DNA from: Candidatus Latescibacterota bacterium
Lineage (GTDB): Bacteria > Latescibacterota > UBA2968
Reading direction: 5' to 3'
NCBI GenBank assembly: GCA_965204375.1
Contig: OZ241986.1
Coordinates: forward strand, 1,248,001 to 1,312,000
Length of the DNA stretch: 64,000 nt
The position numbers and the translations under genes were made by a program. Below the pieces are notes generated by a model. That model had not been told where the DNA came from and ran no database searches. It was given only the letters and a program-made list of their open reading frames with translations. This document shows, in pieces, positions 56,171 to 64,000 of the stretch. Position 1 is the stretch's first letter, and each line of letters opens with the position of its first letter.

Positions 56171-57919
56171 ATGCACAATATCCTGAAGTTGATGGGTTAT
56201 ATGCGGCCCTATTGGAAGCAGGCGACTATCGGTCCGTTGATGAAATTGATCGAGGTGATGCTAGAGTTGATGCATCCCCGGTTGGTGCAGCGGATTGTGG
56301 ATGAGGGGATTGCCAGAGGAGATCTGGATCTGGTGATTGAGACCGGGTTGTGGATGCTGGGCCTGGCTATTGGGGGCGTTTTATTTGGAATTGGCAATGC
56401 CTGGTTTGGCGTGTGGGTGGCGCAGCGGGTGGAGACCGATGTGCGAAGCGCGCTTTTTGGCAAAATTCAGTCGCTGTCGTTTGGCAATCTGGATAAGCTG
56501 TCAACGGGACATCTGATTACGCGGCTGACCAACGATGTGCGGCAAGTGGGAGAGGTGGCGCGTTTGATATTGCGCATTCTGTCGCGTATGCCGATGGCAA
56601 TGGTGGGCGGTCTGGTGATGGCGATTGTGACCAGTCCTCGCCTGGGATTGATCTTTGTTGGATTGGTGCCCGTGATTCTGGGGACTCTAATTCTGGTGTT
56701 TCGAAAAGCCAATGCAATGTTTGCCGAAGTGCAGAATCGCCTGGATCGGGTGAATCAGGTGACGCAGGAAAATCTGGCAGGCGTGCGTGTGGTGAAGGCT
56801 TTTTTGAGGGCAGATCACGAGATCGAACGGTTTGGAACGGCCAATAACAGGTTGATGGAACAGACGATTCGGGTGACGCAACTGGTGGCGCTGGTGATGC
56901 CGATTATGATGCTGGTACTGAACTTGGGCGTTGTGGCGGTGATCTGGTTCGGGGGGATTGCAGTGACCCAGGGGGGGATGAAGTTGGGCGAGATTATTGC
57001 GTTTATCAATTATTTGTTGCTTTTCTTGCAATCCCTGATGATAGGCAGTATGGTGCTTATCCGGATGTCTCGAGCAGAGGCTTCTGCCGAGCGCATTATC
57101 GAGGTGCTGAATAGCGAGCCAGAGGTGCATGATCGGGCGGATGCAAAGCGCGATGTGGTGTTGGAGGGGCAGGTCGCATTTGAAAATGTGACGTTCAGTT
57201 ATAATGAGACGGCGGACGATCCGGTATTGCGGAATCTGAATTTTGTCGCCGAGCCGGGGCAGAAGGTGGCGATTTTGGGATCGACGGGAGCGGGTAAAAC
57301 GACGCTGGTGAATCTTATACCGCGGTTTTACGATGTGGATGCTGGGCGGGTGATGGTGGATGGGATGGATGTGCGGGATATGGGACAGGAGACACTGCGA
57401 CAGCAGATTGGGATAGCGCTTCAGGAGTCGGTCCTTTTTTCGGGTACTATTCGGCACAATATTCGATATGGGAGGCCCGATGCAACCGATGAAGAAGTTG
57501 AGGCTGCTGCCCGTTCGGCGATGGCGCACGATTTTATTGTGCAGTTTCCAGATAAGTATGAGACGCTGTTGGGCCAGCGCGGCGTGAATTTGTCGGGAGG
57601 ACAGAGGCAGCGGATAGCGATAGCCCGGGCGTTGATCTCTCGTCCGAAGGTGTTGATTTTAGACGATAGTACCAGCGCGGTAGATTTGGCGACAGAGGCC
57701 AGGATTCACGATGCACTTGAACAGATGGTGGGTTGCACGAGTTTTCTGGTGGCGCAGCGCATCAGTACGGTGTTGCAGGCCGATAAGATTCTGGTGCTGG
57801 ACGATGGGGTGCTGGTTGCCGAGGGCACGCATCAGGAGTTGATGGAATCCAGTTCAGTATATCAGGAGATTTACGATTCACAGCTCGGAGAGGGAAACGG
57901 ATATGGCGGAAGAGCGTAG
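56171..57919 (+). CDS. Heterodimeric ABC multidrug-type exporter, subunit 1
   Basis: GSTGAGKT, LSGGQRQR; degenerate LDDSTS and AQR. Confidence 0.93.
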   Translation: MHNILKLMGYMRPYWKQATIGPLMKLIEVMLELMHPRLVQRIVDEGIARGDLDLVIETGLWMLGLAIGGVLFGIGNAWFGVWVAQRVETDVRSALFGKIQSLSFGNLDKLSTGHLITRLTNDVRQVGEVARLILRILSRMPMAMVGGLVMAIVTSPRLGLIFVGLVPVILGTLILVFRKANAMFAEVQNRLDRVNQVTQENLAGVRVVKAFLRADHEIERFGTANNRLMEQTIRVTQLVALVMPIMMLVLNLGVVAVIWFGGIAVTQGGMKLGEIIAFINYLLLFLQSLMIGSMVLIRMSRAEASAERIIEVLNSEPEVHDRADAKRDVVLEGQVAFENVTFSYNETADDPVLRNLNFVAEPGQKVAILGSTGAGKTTLVNLIPRFYDVDAGRVMVDGMDVRDMGQETLRQQIGIALQESVLFSGTIRHNIRYGRPDATDEEVEAAARSAMAHDFIVQFPDKYETLLGQRGVNLSGGQRQRIAIARALISRPKVLILDDSTSAVDLATEARIHDALEQMVGCTSFLVAQRISTVLQADKILVLDDGVLVAEGTHQELMESSSVYQEIYDSQLGEGNGYGGRA

Positions 57920-59759
57920 AGTTGATCAGCAGGGCGACGGTGAACAGCGGGGACCAAGCGGAATGATGATGGGGGGGCGCCGGCGAATGATGATGGCAGA
58001 CGACGAGCGGGCGCGGGATTTTCGGGGGACTGCCCGCCGTTTGATGGGGTATATGAGGCGCTACAGGGTGACGCTGGTCGGGGTGGTGGGGCTGGTGGTG
58101 GTTTCAACGGGGTTAGAGGTGGCAGGCCCGTATTTGATGGGGCGTGCGATTGATGAATATATTGTCGATAACGACTTGCCTGGTCTTTTTCAAATTGCCC
58201 TGTTGATGGCGGGGGTGTATGTGGCCCTGGCACTGACGACTTGGCTTCAATCTTTTGTGATGGCGCGAGTATCTCAAAATGCTGTGAGGGATTTGCGTCA
58301 GGATATTTTTAACCGCTTGCAGGTGCTTCCGCTGCGGTTTTTTGATCGGCGTGCCAGTGGCGATCTCATGAGCCGGGTGACTAACGATGTGGATAATATC
58401 AGCAGTGTGTTGTCGGAGAGCGTGACGCAGTTGATTAACAGCGTGTTGACCCTATTGGGCGTGTCGGCCATGATGTTGTGGATGGATTGGCCGCTGGCGT
58501 TGATTAGCTTGCTTACCTTTCCGCTGATGGCGTCTTTGACAGGGCAGGTCGCCAAACGCGCGCGGCGAGGATTTCGCGAGCAGCAAGAGGCACTGGGTGC
58601 GCTCAATGGGATGATTGAAGAGACGATTGCAGCAGAACAGGCGGTGAAGGCTTATGGACGCGAACAGGCGTCGATTGAGACATTTGAAAAGTTTAATAAC
58701 AGGTTGAAGTATGCCGGTACACGCGCACAGTTTTTTGGGACGCTGATGCCGCCTCTGACCTTTTTTGTGAACAATATGGGCCTGGTGATTGTGGCTTTTG
58801 CCGGTGGCTATATGGCGATTCAAGGCGATGTGACTGTAGGTGTGATTGCCGCTTTTATCAGTTATGTGCGACAGTTCGGACGGCCTTTGGGACAGGTTGC
58901 CAATTTGTACAATTCGATACAGTCGGCACTGGCCGGAGCAGAGCGGGTTTTTGAGACTATTGACGAGTTTCCCGAAGCGCCTGACATATCAGATGCGGTC
59001 GCGTTAGAACGGGTTCGGGGCGATGTGATTTTTGATCGCGTGTGTTTTGGTTATGAAAAAGACGTGCCGGTGCTCAAAGAGGTGAGTTTGCACGCCAAAC
59101 CTGGAGATAAGATTGCGCTGGTAGGACCGACGGGAGCGGGGAAGACGACCATTGTGAATTTGCTGACCCGGTTTTACGATATCGATAGCGGGGCGATCTG
59201 TATCGACGGCTATGATATTCGGGAGGTGAAACGGGAAGCGTTGCGTCGGCAACTGGGCATTGTGTTGCAGGATACTTTTTTGCTGTCTGATACTGTGCGG
59301 GAAAATATTCTTTATGGAAGGCTTGATGCTTCGGATGAGGAGGTTGTTGATGCGGCGAGATTAGCCAATGCAGATCCCTTTATTCACCGTCTGCCCCAGG
59401 GGTATGATACGGTGCTTTCGGAACGCGGCGGCAATTTGAGCCAGGGGCAGCGGCAGATGCTGGCTATTGCGAGGGCCGCGCTGGCCGATCCGTCGATTCT
59501 CATTTTAGATGAGGCGACGTCCAGTGTGGATACGCGGACGGAAATGCGGATTCAACAGGCGCTTTTAAGGCTGATGGAGGGGCGAACGAGTTTTATTATT
59601 GCCCACCGATTGAGCACGATTCGCAATGTGGATGAGATTCTCGTTATTGACGATGGGGAGATTATTGAACGCGGGTCACATCGGACGTTGTTGGAGGCGG
59701 AGGGATTTTATCACAATTTGTATATGAGCCAGTTTAAGGGAGAGGTCACTTTTGTTTAG
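57903..59759 (+). CDS. Heterodimeric ABC multidrug-type exporter, subunit 2
   Basis: GPTGAGKT, LSQGQRQ, LDEATSSVD, AHRL (TM287/288-like asymmetry). Confidence 0.93.
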   Translation: MAEERRVDQQGDGEQRGPSGMMMGGRRRMMMADDERARDFRGTARRLMGYMRRYRVTLVGVVGLVVVSTGLEVAGPYLMGRAIDEYIVDNDLPGLFQIALLMAGVYVALALTTWLQSFVMARVSQNAVRDLRQDIFNRLQVLPLRFFDRRASGDLMSRVTNDVDNISSVLSESVTQLINSVLTLLGVSAMMLWMDWPLALISLLTFPLMASLTGQVAKRARRGFREQQEALGALNGMIEETIAAEQAVKAYGREQASIETFEKFNNRLKYAGTRAQFFGTLMPPLTFFVNNMGLVIVAFAGGYMAIQGDVTVGVIAAFISYVRQFGRPLGQVANLYNSIQSALAGAERVFETIDEFPEAPDISDAVALERVRGDVIFDRVCFGYEKDVPVLKEVSLHAKPGDKIALVGPTGAGKTTIVNLLTRFYDIDSGAICIDGYDIREVKREALRRQLGIVLQDTFLLSDTVRENILYGRLDASDEEVVDAARLANADPFIHRLPQGYDTVLSERGGNLSQGQRQMLAIARAALADPSILILDEATSSVDTRTEMRIQQALLRLMEGRTSFIIAHRLSTIRNVDEILVIDDGEIIERGSHRTLLEAEGFYHNLYMSQFKGEVTFV

Positions 59760-59771
59760 AGTGGAGGAAAA

Positions 59772-60503
59772 ATGTCCTATCACCTGACGCCAGAAGACGC
59801 GCGGTTCTTTCACGACGAAGGGTATCTCGGTCCATATACGATGCATTCGCCAGAAGAGATGGATTGTATTCGGCCCGTTGTTGAGCATGAAATTTTTGAA
59901 GCCGAAGGTCCGTTTCACGTCAGTCGGCAAAAATCGCGGCATCTCGACAACCGAACGATCTACGACCTGTGTACACATCCGACCATTATGGATCGGGTAG
60001 AAGGTATTCTCGGTCCGGATATCGTGCTCTGGCAATCTAACTTTTTTAACAAACCTCCCGGTGCCAAAGAGATTCCCTGGCATCAGGATATGAATTTCTG
60101 GTCCAGCGAAATAGAACCGGGTATCAATGTTTCTGCCTGGTTGGCTATTGACGATACAGATGTCACCAACAGTTGTGTTCAACTCATGCCGGGATCGCAT
60201 CGAAAAATGATTCCGCACATTAAAGCCACACCTGAACAGGCTTTTCGCGAACAGGGCGATCCCGATCATATAGGTGTTGATCCGGATCGCGTTGTAAAGA
60301 TGAAAATGAAAGCCGGGCAATTTTTTCTTTTTACCGAGCGCATGCTCCATTATTCGTCGGCGAACACGTCTGATCGCCGACGCCTGGGATTGGCCATACG
60401 TATTACCATTCCGATTGTGCGGTGTTACAAAAAGCATCACGTTCATCTGGTAAGGGGAGAGGATCGGATGGGGTTTAATGTATATGGAGATGCGCCTGAA
60501 TGA
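59772..60503 (+). CDS. PhyH-family Fe(II)/2OG dioxygenase (canonical HxD)
   Basis: PWHQD, AWLAID, PGSH, MLHYS..N.S..RR. Confidence 0.92.
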   Translation: MSYHLTPEDARFFHDEGYLGPYTMHSPEEMDCIRPVVEHEIFEAEGPFHVSRQKSRHLDNRTIYDLCTHPTIMDRVEGILGPDIVLWQSNFFNKPPGAKEIPWHQDMNFWSSEIEPGINVSAWLAIDDTDVTNSCVQLMPGSHRKMIPHIKATPEQAFREQGDPDHIGVDPDRVVKMKMKAGQFFLFTERMLHYSSANTSDRRRLGLAIRITIPIVRCYKKHHVHLVRGEDRMGFNVYGDAPE

Positions 60504-60540
60504 TCATACTAAAGGATAATATCGAAAACGGTGAAAACTT

Positions 60541-61548
60541 ATGAAAAAAGCTATACTCCATGGTCCACGAGACCTCCGAATTGAAGAGCACCCGCTTGAT
60601 ACGAGCGCGCTTGGTGCTGATGAGGTCTGGGTAGAAACGCAGATCAGCGCGTTTAAAATTGGGACAGATCGGGGCAATTTTGAGGGGGCAGAACGCGTAC
60701 CGGGTGCGCCGGACTATCCGCGATTCGTTGGGGATAGCAATCTGGGTATTGTTCGCGGTATTGGTGCCGGGGTCACGCGCTTTGAGGTCGGCGATCGCGT
60801 TGTGGCCACTCAGCCTCACCAATCTGAATACATCATAAGCCAGTTTGGTGATATCTTCAAAATACCCCCTGATGCCGATGATGAGGATGGTGTGTATGCA
60901 CACCTCTATGCCCTCAGCGCACATTGTTATCACAAAGCCTTATTCAGGCCCGGTGAAAATGTCGCCGTTGTCGGTCTGGGTGTTCTCGGCCTGGGGGCAG
61001 TCGCTTTAGGTCCCCTGTTTGGTGCCCGCGTCGTTGGCCTTGGAAATAGTCCTATCAGGTTAGATATGGCAAAACAAATGGGTGCTCATGCGGCTTATTT
61101 ATCGGATGATCCAGACCTCGAAGAGAAACTCGACGCTTTTACAGATGGAAGAGGCATTGATCTGGTTATTCTTACGGCAAATCCGTGGCCAGCTTTCAGA
61201 ACATCTGTTGAAATTGTGCGGCCAAATGGACGGGTTTCTATTGTCAGCCTTATGGGGCGGGGGGAACCGCCGCTTGATTTTAACCCTCTGGCAATGGAAT
61301 GGTTTTACGCCAAGGGAATATCTCTGATTGCCGTGCATGGAGAAGATGCCCAATTATATCCGCATGCCGATACATCGGGCCATTTGGGTCATTGCGATCA
61401 CGTTCTTTCTCTTATGGCAGAAAAAAAACTTCAGCCCAGCCGTCTTATTACGCACCGTTTGCATTACACGGAAATGGTCCAGGCTTATGAAATGGCCTAC
61501 GTGCGTGAAAAATCTATGCTGGGTGTCATTTTTAATTGGCGGGAATAG
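60541..61548 (+). CDS. Medium-chain dehydrogenase/reductase lacking canonical catalytic Zn ligands
   Basis: GLGVLG; IGTD and VGDS in place of C..D and GHE; LITHR. Confidence 0.85.
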   Translation: MKKAILHGPRDLRIEEHPLDTSALGADEVWVETQISAFKIGTDRGNFEGAERVPGAPDYPRFVGDSNLGIVRGIGAGVTRFEVGDRVVATQPHQSEYIISQFGDIFKIPPDADDEDGVYAHLYALSAHCYHKALFRPGENVAVVGLGVLGLGAVALGPLFGARVVGLGNSPIRLDMAKQMGAHAAYLSDDPDLEEKLDAFTDGRGIDLVILTANPWPAFRTSVEIVRPNGRVSIVSLMGRGEPPLDFNPLAMEWFYAKGISLIAVHGEDAQLYPHADTSGHLGHCDHVLSLMAEKKLQPSRLITHRLHYTEMVQAYEMAYVREKSMLGVIFNWRE

Positions 61549-61550
61549 CC

Positions 61551-62882
61551 ATGTCACACGATGTCACGAGATCTTTAGAACTGTATAAGAAAGCAGGAGA
61601 ACGCATTCCGGGTTGGACACAGCTCATCAGCCGAAGAGCCGACCGGGTTGCAAATGGGGTTAGTCCTCTCTATGTCGCGCGATCAAAAGGCGCGCGATTT
61701 ATCGATGTTGATGGCAACGAGTATATCGATTGGATTCGCGCTTTGGGGGCTATTATTCTGGGATATGCAGATCCCGTTGTGGATGGCGCTGTAAAACAAC
61801 AGATCGATCGTGGAAGCCTGCATTCCATGAACAGTGCGCTCGAAATTGAGCTGGCAGATGAGTTGATCAATACCATACCGAGTGCTGAAATGGTGCGTTA
61901 TACAAAGGGGGGAGGGGAAGCCTGTGCGGTGGCTGCTCGCATTGCTCGGGGTACGACAAATCGGGACATTATTCTATTTTGCGGTTATCACGGATGGCAC
62001 GATTGGTACCAATCGGCAAATTATCTCGTCGATCCCGAGAGTGGAGAATTTCCCTTTGCCGGTATTGAGCCGATTGGTGTGCCGCGTGCTCTGGCGGGCA
62101 CGGCGGTTCCATTTACCTATGGCGATCTCGACATGCTCGGTCGCTTGCTGACCGAATATCAGGGCGAGGTTGCCGCGGTTATGATGGAACCCGCCCGATC
62201 TGAGTGGCCCGAAGAGGGGTATCTCGAAGGGGTCAAAGAACTCGCCCACAGACACGGTGCTTTGCTCATCTTCGACGAAGTCTCCTGCGGTTGGCGCGAG
62301 TCTCTGGGGGGTATGCAGAAATATCTGGGTGTGACGCCAGATATTACGGTGGTTGCCAAAGGCATGTCCAACGGGTATCCGATGGGGGCTGTTGTTGGAT
62401 CGCGGGAAGCGATGGAGCCAGCCAAAGCGATGTTTATTTCCAGTTCGTATTGGAGCGACAATATCGGTCCTGTTGCATCACTTACGACCATCCGCGAACT
62501 CAAAAGGCGCGATAGCGAGATACACCTGGCCGAAATGGGTCAAAAAGTAGCTGGAGCGATTGACGAAGCCGTCTCATCTGCTGGTCTTTCGGGATCGTGT
62601 AAGGGGTTTCCCGCAACGCCCAATCTGGTGCTCGATTTGCCCGATGAGGCATTGCGCGGCAAAGTTCAGACACTGTTTATTCAGGAAATGGCCCGCCGGG
62701 GTGTGCATTGCTACATGGGCTTTGGACCTACGCTTGCACATACCGAAGAGGATGTGCGTATTACGGCCGAAGCCGTTGAAGCCTCTTTGCGCGTGGTAAA
62801 ACAGGGGCTTGAAAATGATTCTATCGACGATCTGCTCATTTGTGATCTGCACTCGGAACCCTTCCGCCGGATCGTCCGATAA
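61551..62882 (+). CDS. Class III aminotransferase (glutamate-1-semialdehyde aminomutase-like)
   Basis: DVDGNEYID, GYHGWHDW, LIFDEV, AKGMSNGYP. Confidence 0.9.
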   Translation: MSHDVTRSLELYKKAGERIPGWTQLISRRADRVANGVSPLYVARSKGARFIDVDGNEYIDWIRALGAIILGYADPVVDGAVKQQIDRGSLHSMNSALEIELADELINTIPSAEMVRYTKGGGEACAVAARIARGTTNRDIILFCGYHGWHDWYQSANYLVDPESGEFPFAGIEPIGVPRALAGTAVPFTYGDLDMLGRLLTEYQGEVAAVMMEPARSEWPEEGYLEGVKELAHRHGALLIFDEVSCGWRESLGGMQKYLGVTPDITVVAKGMSNGYPMGAVVGSREAMEPAKAMFISSSYWSDNIGPVASLTTIRELKRRDSEIHLAEMGQKVAGAIDEAVSSAGLSGSCKGFPATPNLVLDLPDEALRGKVQTLFIQEMARRGVHCYMGFGPTLAHTEEDVRITAEAVEASLRVVKQGLENDSIDDLLICDLHSEPFRRIVR

Positions 62883-62893
62883 AGGAGAAAAAA

Positions 62894-64000
62894 ATGGCAT
62901 TGACAATTGACGAAAGGCCTGCGCAGCCGGGGGAATGGGGATTTAGACCGGAAAATGTGACGACAGAGGAGACGCCACCGGCATTTGTGTGGCGCCCACA
63001 GGAGAATGCTGCGACCTATGATGTCCAGTGTGCGCGGGTCTCAGATTTTTCAAAGATTGCATACGAGGCACGGGGATTGACATATACGGTTCACCGCGCA
63101 GCAGAGGTGTTTGAATCGGGTCAGTGGTATTGGCGATTCCGATTTGCCGATGGGGATGGACAGGTGTCGGAGTGGAGTTCGGGGCGCGCCTTTGTGATTG
63201 CCCAGAATGCAAGAGCATTGACATTGCCCAAACGCAGTGAATTGATTGGGCGCATCCCCAGGAACCATCCGCGCCTGTTTGTGCGTCCAGAGGATTTGGA
63301 TAGCTTGCGCGCACGGGCACGAGGAGATCTGAAACCGATTTACGACGATCTGGTCGCAACGTGCGAAGATATTCTAGCCGATATGCCATCTACCAGAGAA
63401 CCGCCCCTGTATCCCGAGGGGACTGTTGTTCTGAGCGAGGAATGGCGGGAGATCTGGTGGGGAAACCGGATGTACACGATTCGCGTGTTAAACAGCGCGG
63501 CGACGCTGGCTTTTACGCGGCTTTTGGTCGGGCAAGATCACTATGGTGAGAAGGCAAAAAAATTGCTGCTTGCGTGTGCCAAATGGGATCCTTTGGGGGC
63601 GACTGGCTATCGGTATAATGACGAAGCAGGCATGCCCTACAATTACTATTTTTGTCGCACCTATACGTTTGTGAACGATTTATTGAGCGAAGAAGAGCGC
63701 GATATATGCCGCGCGGTGATAAAGGTGCAGGGGCAGGAGATGTACGATCATCTGGCGACTGAGATGCGCTATTTGTGGCATCCTTATGGGAGTCATGCCG
63801 GCCGAGCCTGGCATTTTTTGGGCGAGATTGGCGTGGCGTTTTTGGATGAGATTCCCGAGGCGGAGGAGTGGGTGTGGTTCGCTATGAATGTGTTTGGTGC
63901 CGTGTATCCCGCGTGGTGCGATGAGGATGGCGGCTGGCATCAGGGATTGCAGTACTGGGAAAGTTATGTTCAGCGCTTTACGTGGTGGGCGGATATTATG
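62894..64000 (+). CDS. DUF4962/heparinase II-III-like polysaccharide lyase (partial)
   Basis: Hand translation from ATG 62894 (AAGGAG RBS): PPAFVWRP...GQWYWRFR...HPRLFVRP...YNDEA...PYGSHA...DGGWHQG.YW; open to the window end. Confidence 0.8.
   Translation, partial: MALTIDERPAQPGEWGFRPENVTTEETPPAFVWRPQENAATYDVQCARVSDFSKIAYEARGLTYTVHRAAEVFESGQWYWRFRFADGDGQVSEWSSGRAFVIAQNARALTLPKRSELIGRIPRNHPRLFVRPEDLDSLRARARGDLKPIYDDLVATCEDILADMPSTREPPLYPEGTVVLSEEWREIWWGNRMYTIRVLNSAATLAFTRLLVGQDHYGEKAKKLLLACAKWDPLGATGYRYNDEAGMPYNYYFCRTYTFVNDLLSEEERDICRAVIKVQGQEMYDHLATEMRYLWHPYGSHAGRAWHFLGEIGVAFLDEIPEAEEWVWFAMNVFGAVYPAWCDEDGGWHQGLQYWESYVQRFTWWADIM

Noticed and set aside
56171-59759. Degenerate ABC motifs as a sign of pseudogenisation or novelty
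   Set aside because: LDDS/AQR plus LSQGQ is the normal asymmetry of heterodimeric exporters.
59772-60503. SyrB2-like halogenase
   Set aside because: The overall pattern is similar but it retains HQD, predicting hydroxylase chemistry.
1-64000. CRISPR array, cas genes, integrase or transposase
   Set aside because: No regularly spaced repeat-spacer series and no recognisable motifs; the 60-bp and 32-bp repeats each occur only twice.

Overview
Bacterial chromosome segment with about 50 genuine CDSs and 3 tRNAs (Pro-TGG, Gln-TTG, Glu-TTC) near glnS and proS. The catabolic gene set is expanded: 5 PhyH-type Fe/2OG enzymes, 3 sulfatases, 3 enolase-superfamily enzymes, 5 Gfo/Idh/MocA oxidoreductases, 2 DUF6785-like membrane proteins and a DUF4962-type lyase. 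By inference this resembles uncultured marine or sponge-associated lineages such as Poribacteria or Latescibacterota. There are two defence-like islands. The first (6.1-10.8 kb) has McrBC with an unrecognised McrB N-domain plus an AbiEii-like nucleotidyltransferase pair. The second (28.0-30.7 kb) has a Schlafen/AlbA-GHKL fusion, an MNT and a membrane protein pair. In both, an antitoxin is followed by a toxin stub of only 21-24 codons. The most promising undescribed system is the mostly minus-strand cluster at 30.9-47.4 kb. It has two PhyH enzymes carrying the halogenase-type HxG motif, sulfatases, an HlyD-like adaptor and two related ABC exporters. It also has a DUF6785 gene bracketed by 60-bp direct repeats, one of which encodes a 32-aa copy of the exporter N-terminus. 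A 32-bp promoter-like motif links this cluster to a third HxG PhyH locus at 49.4 kb. Family names come from motif recognition by eye; no searches were run.
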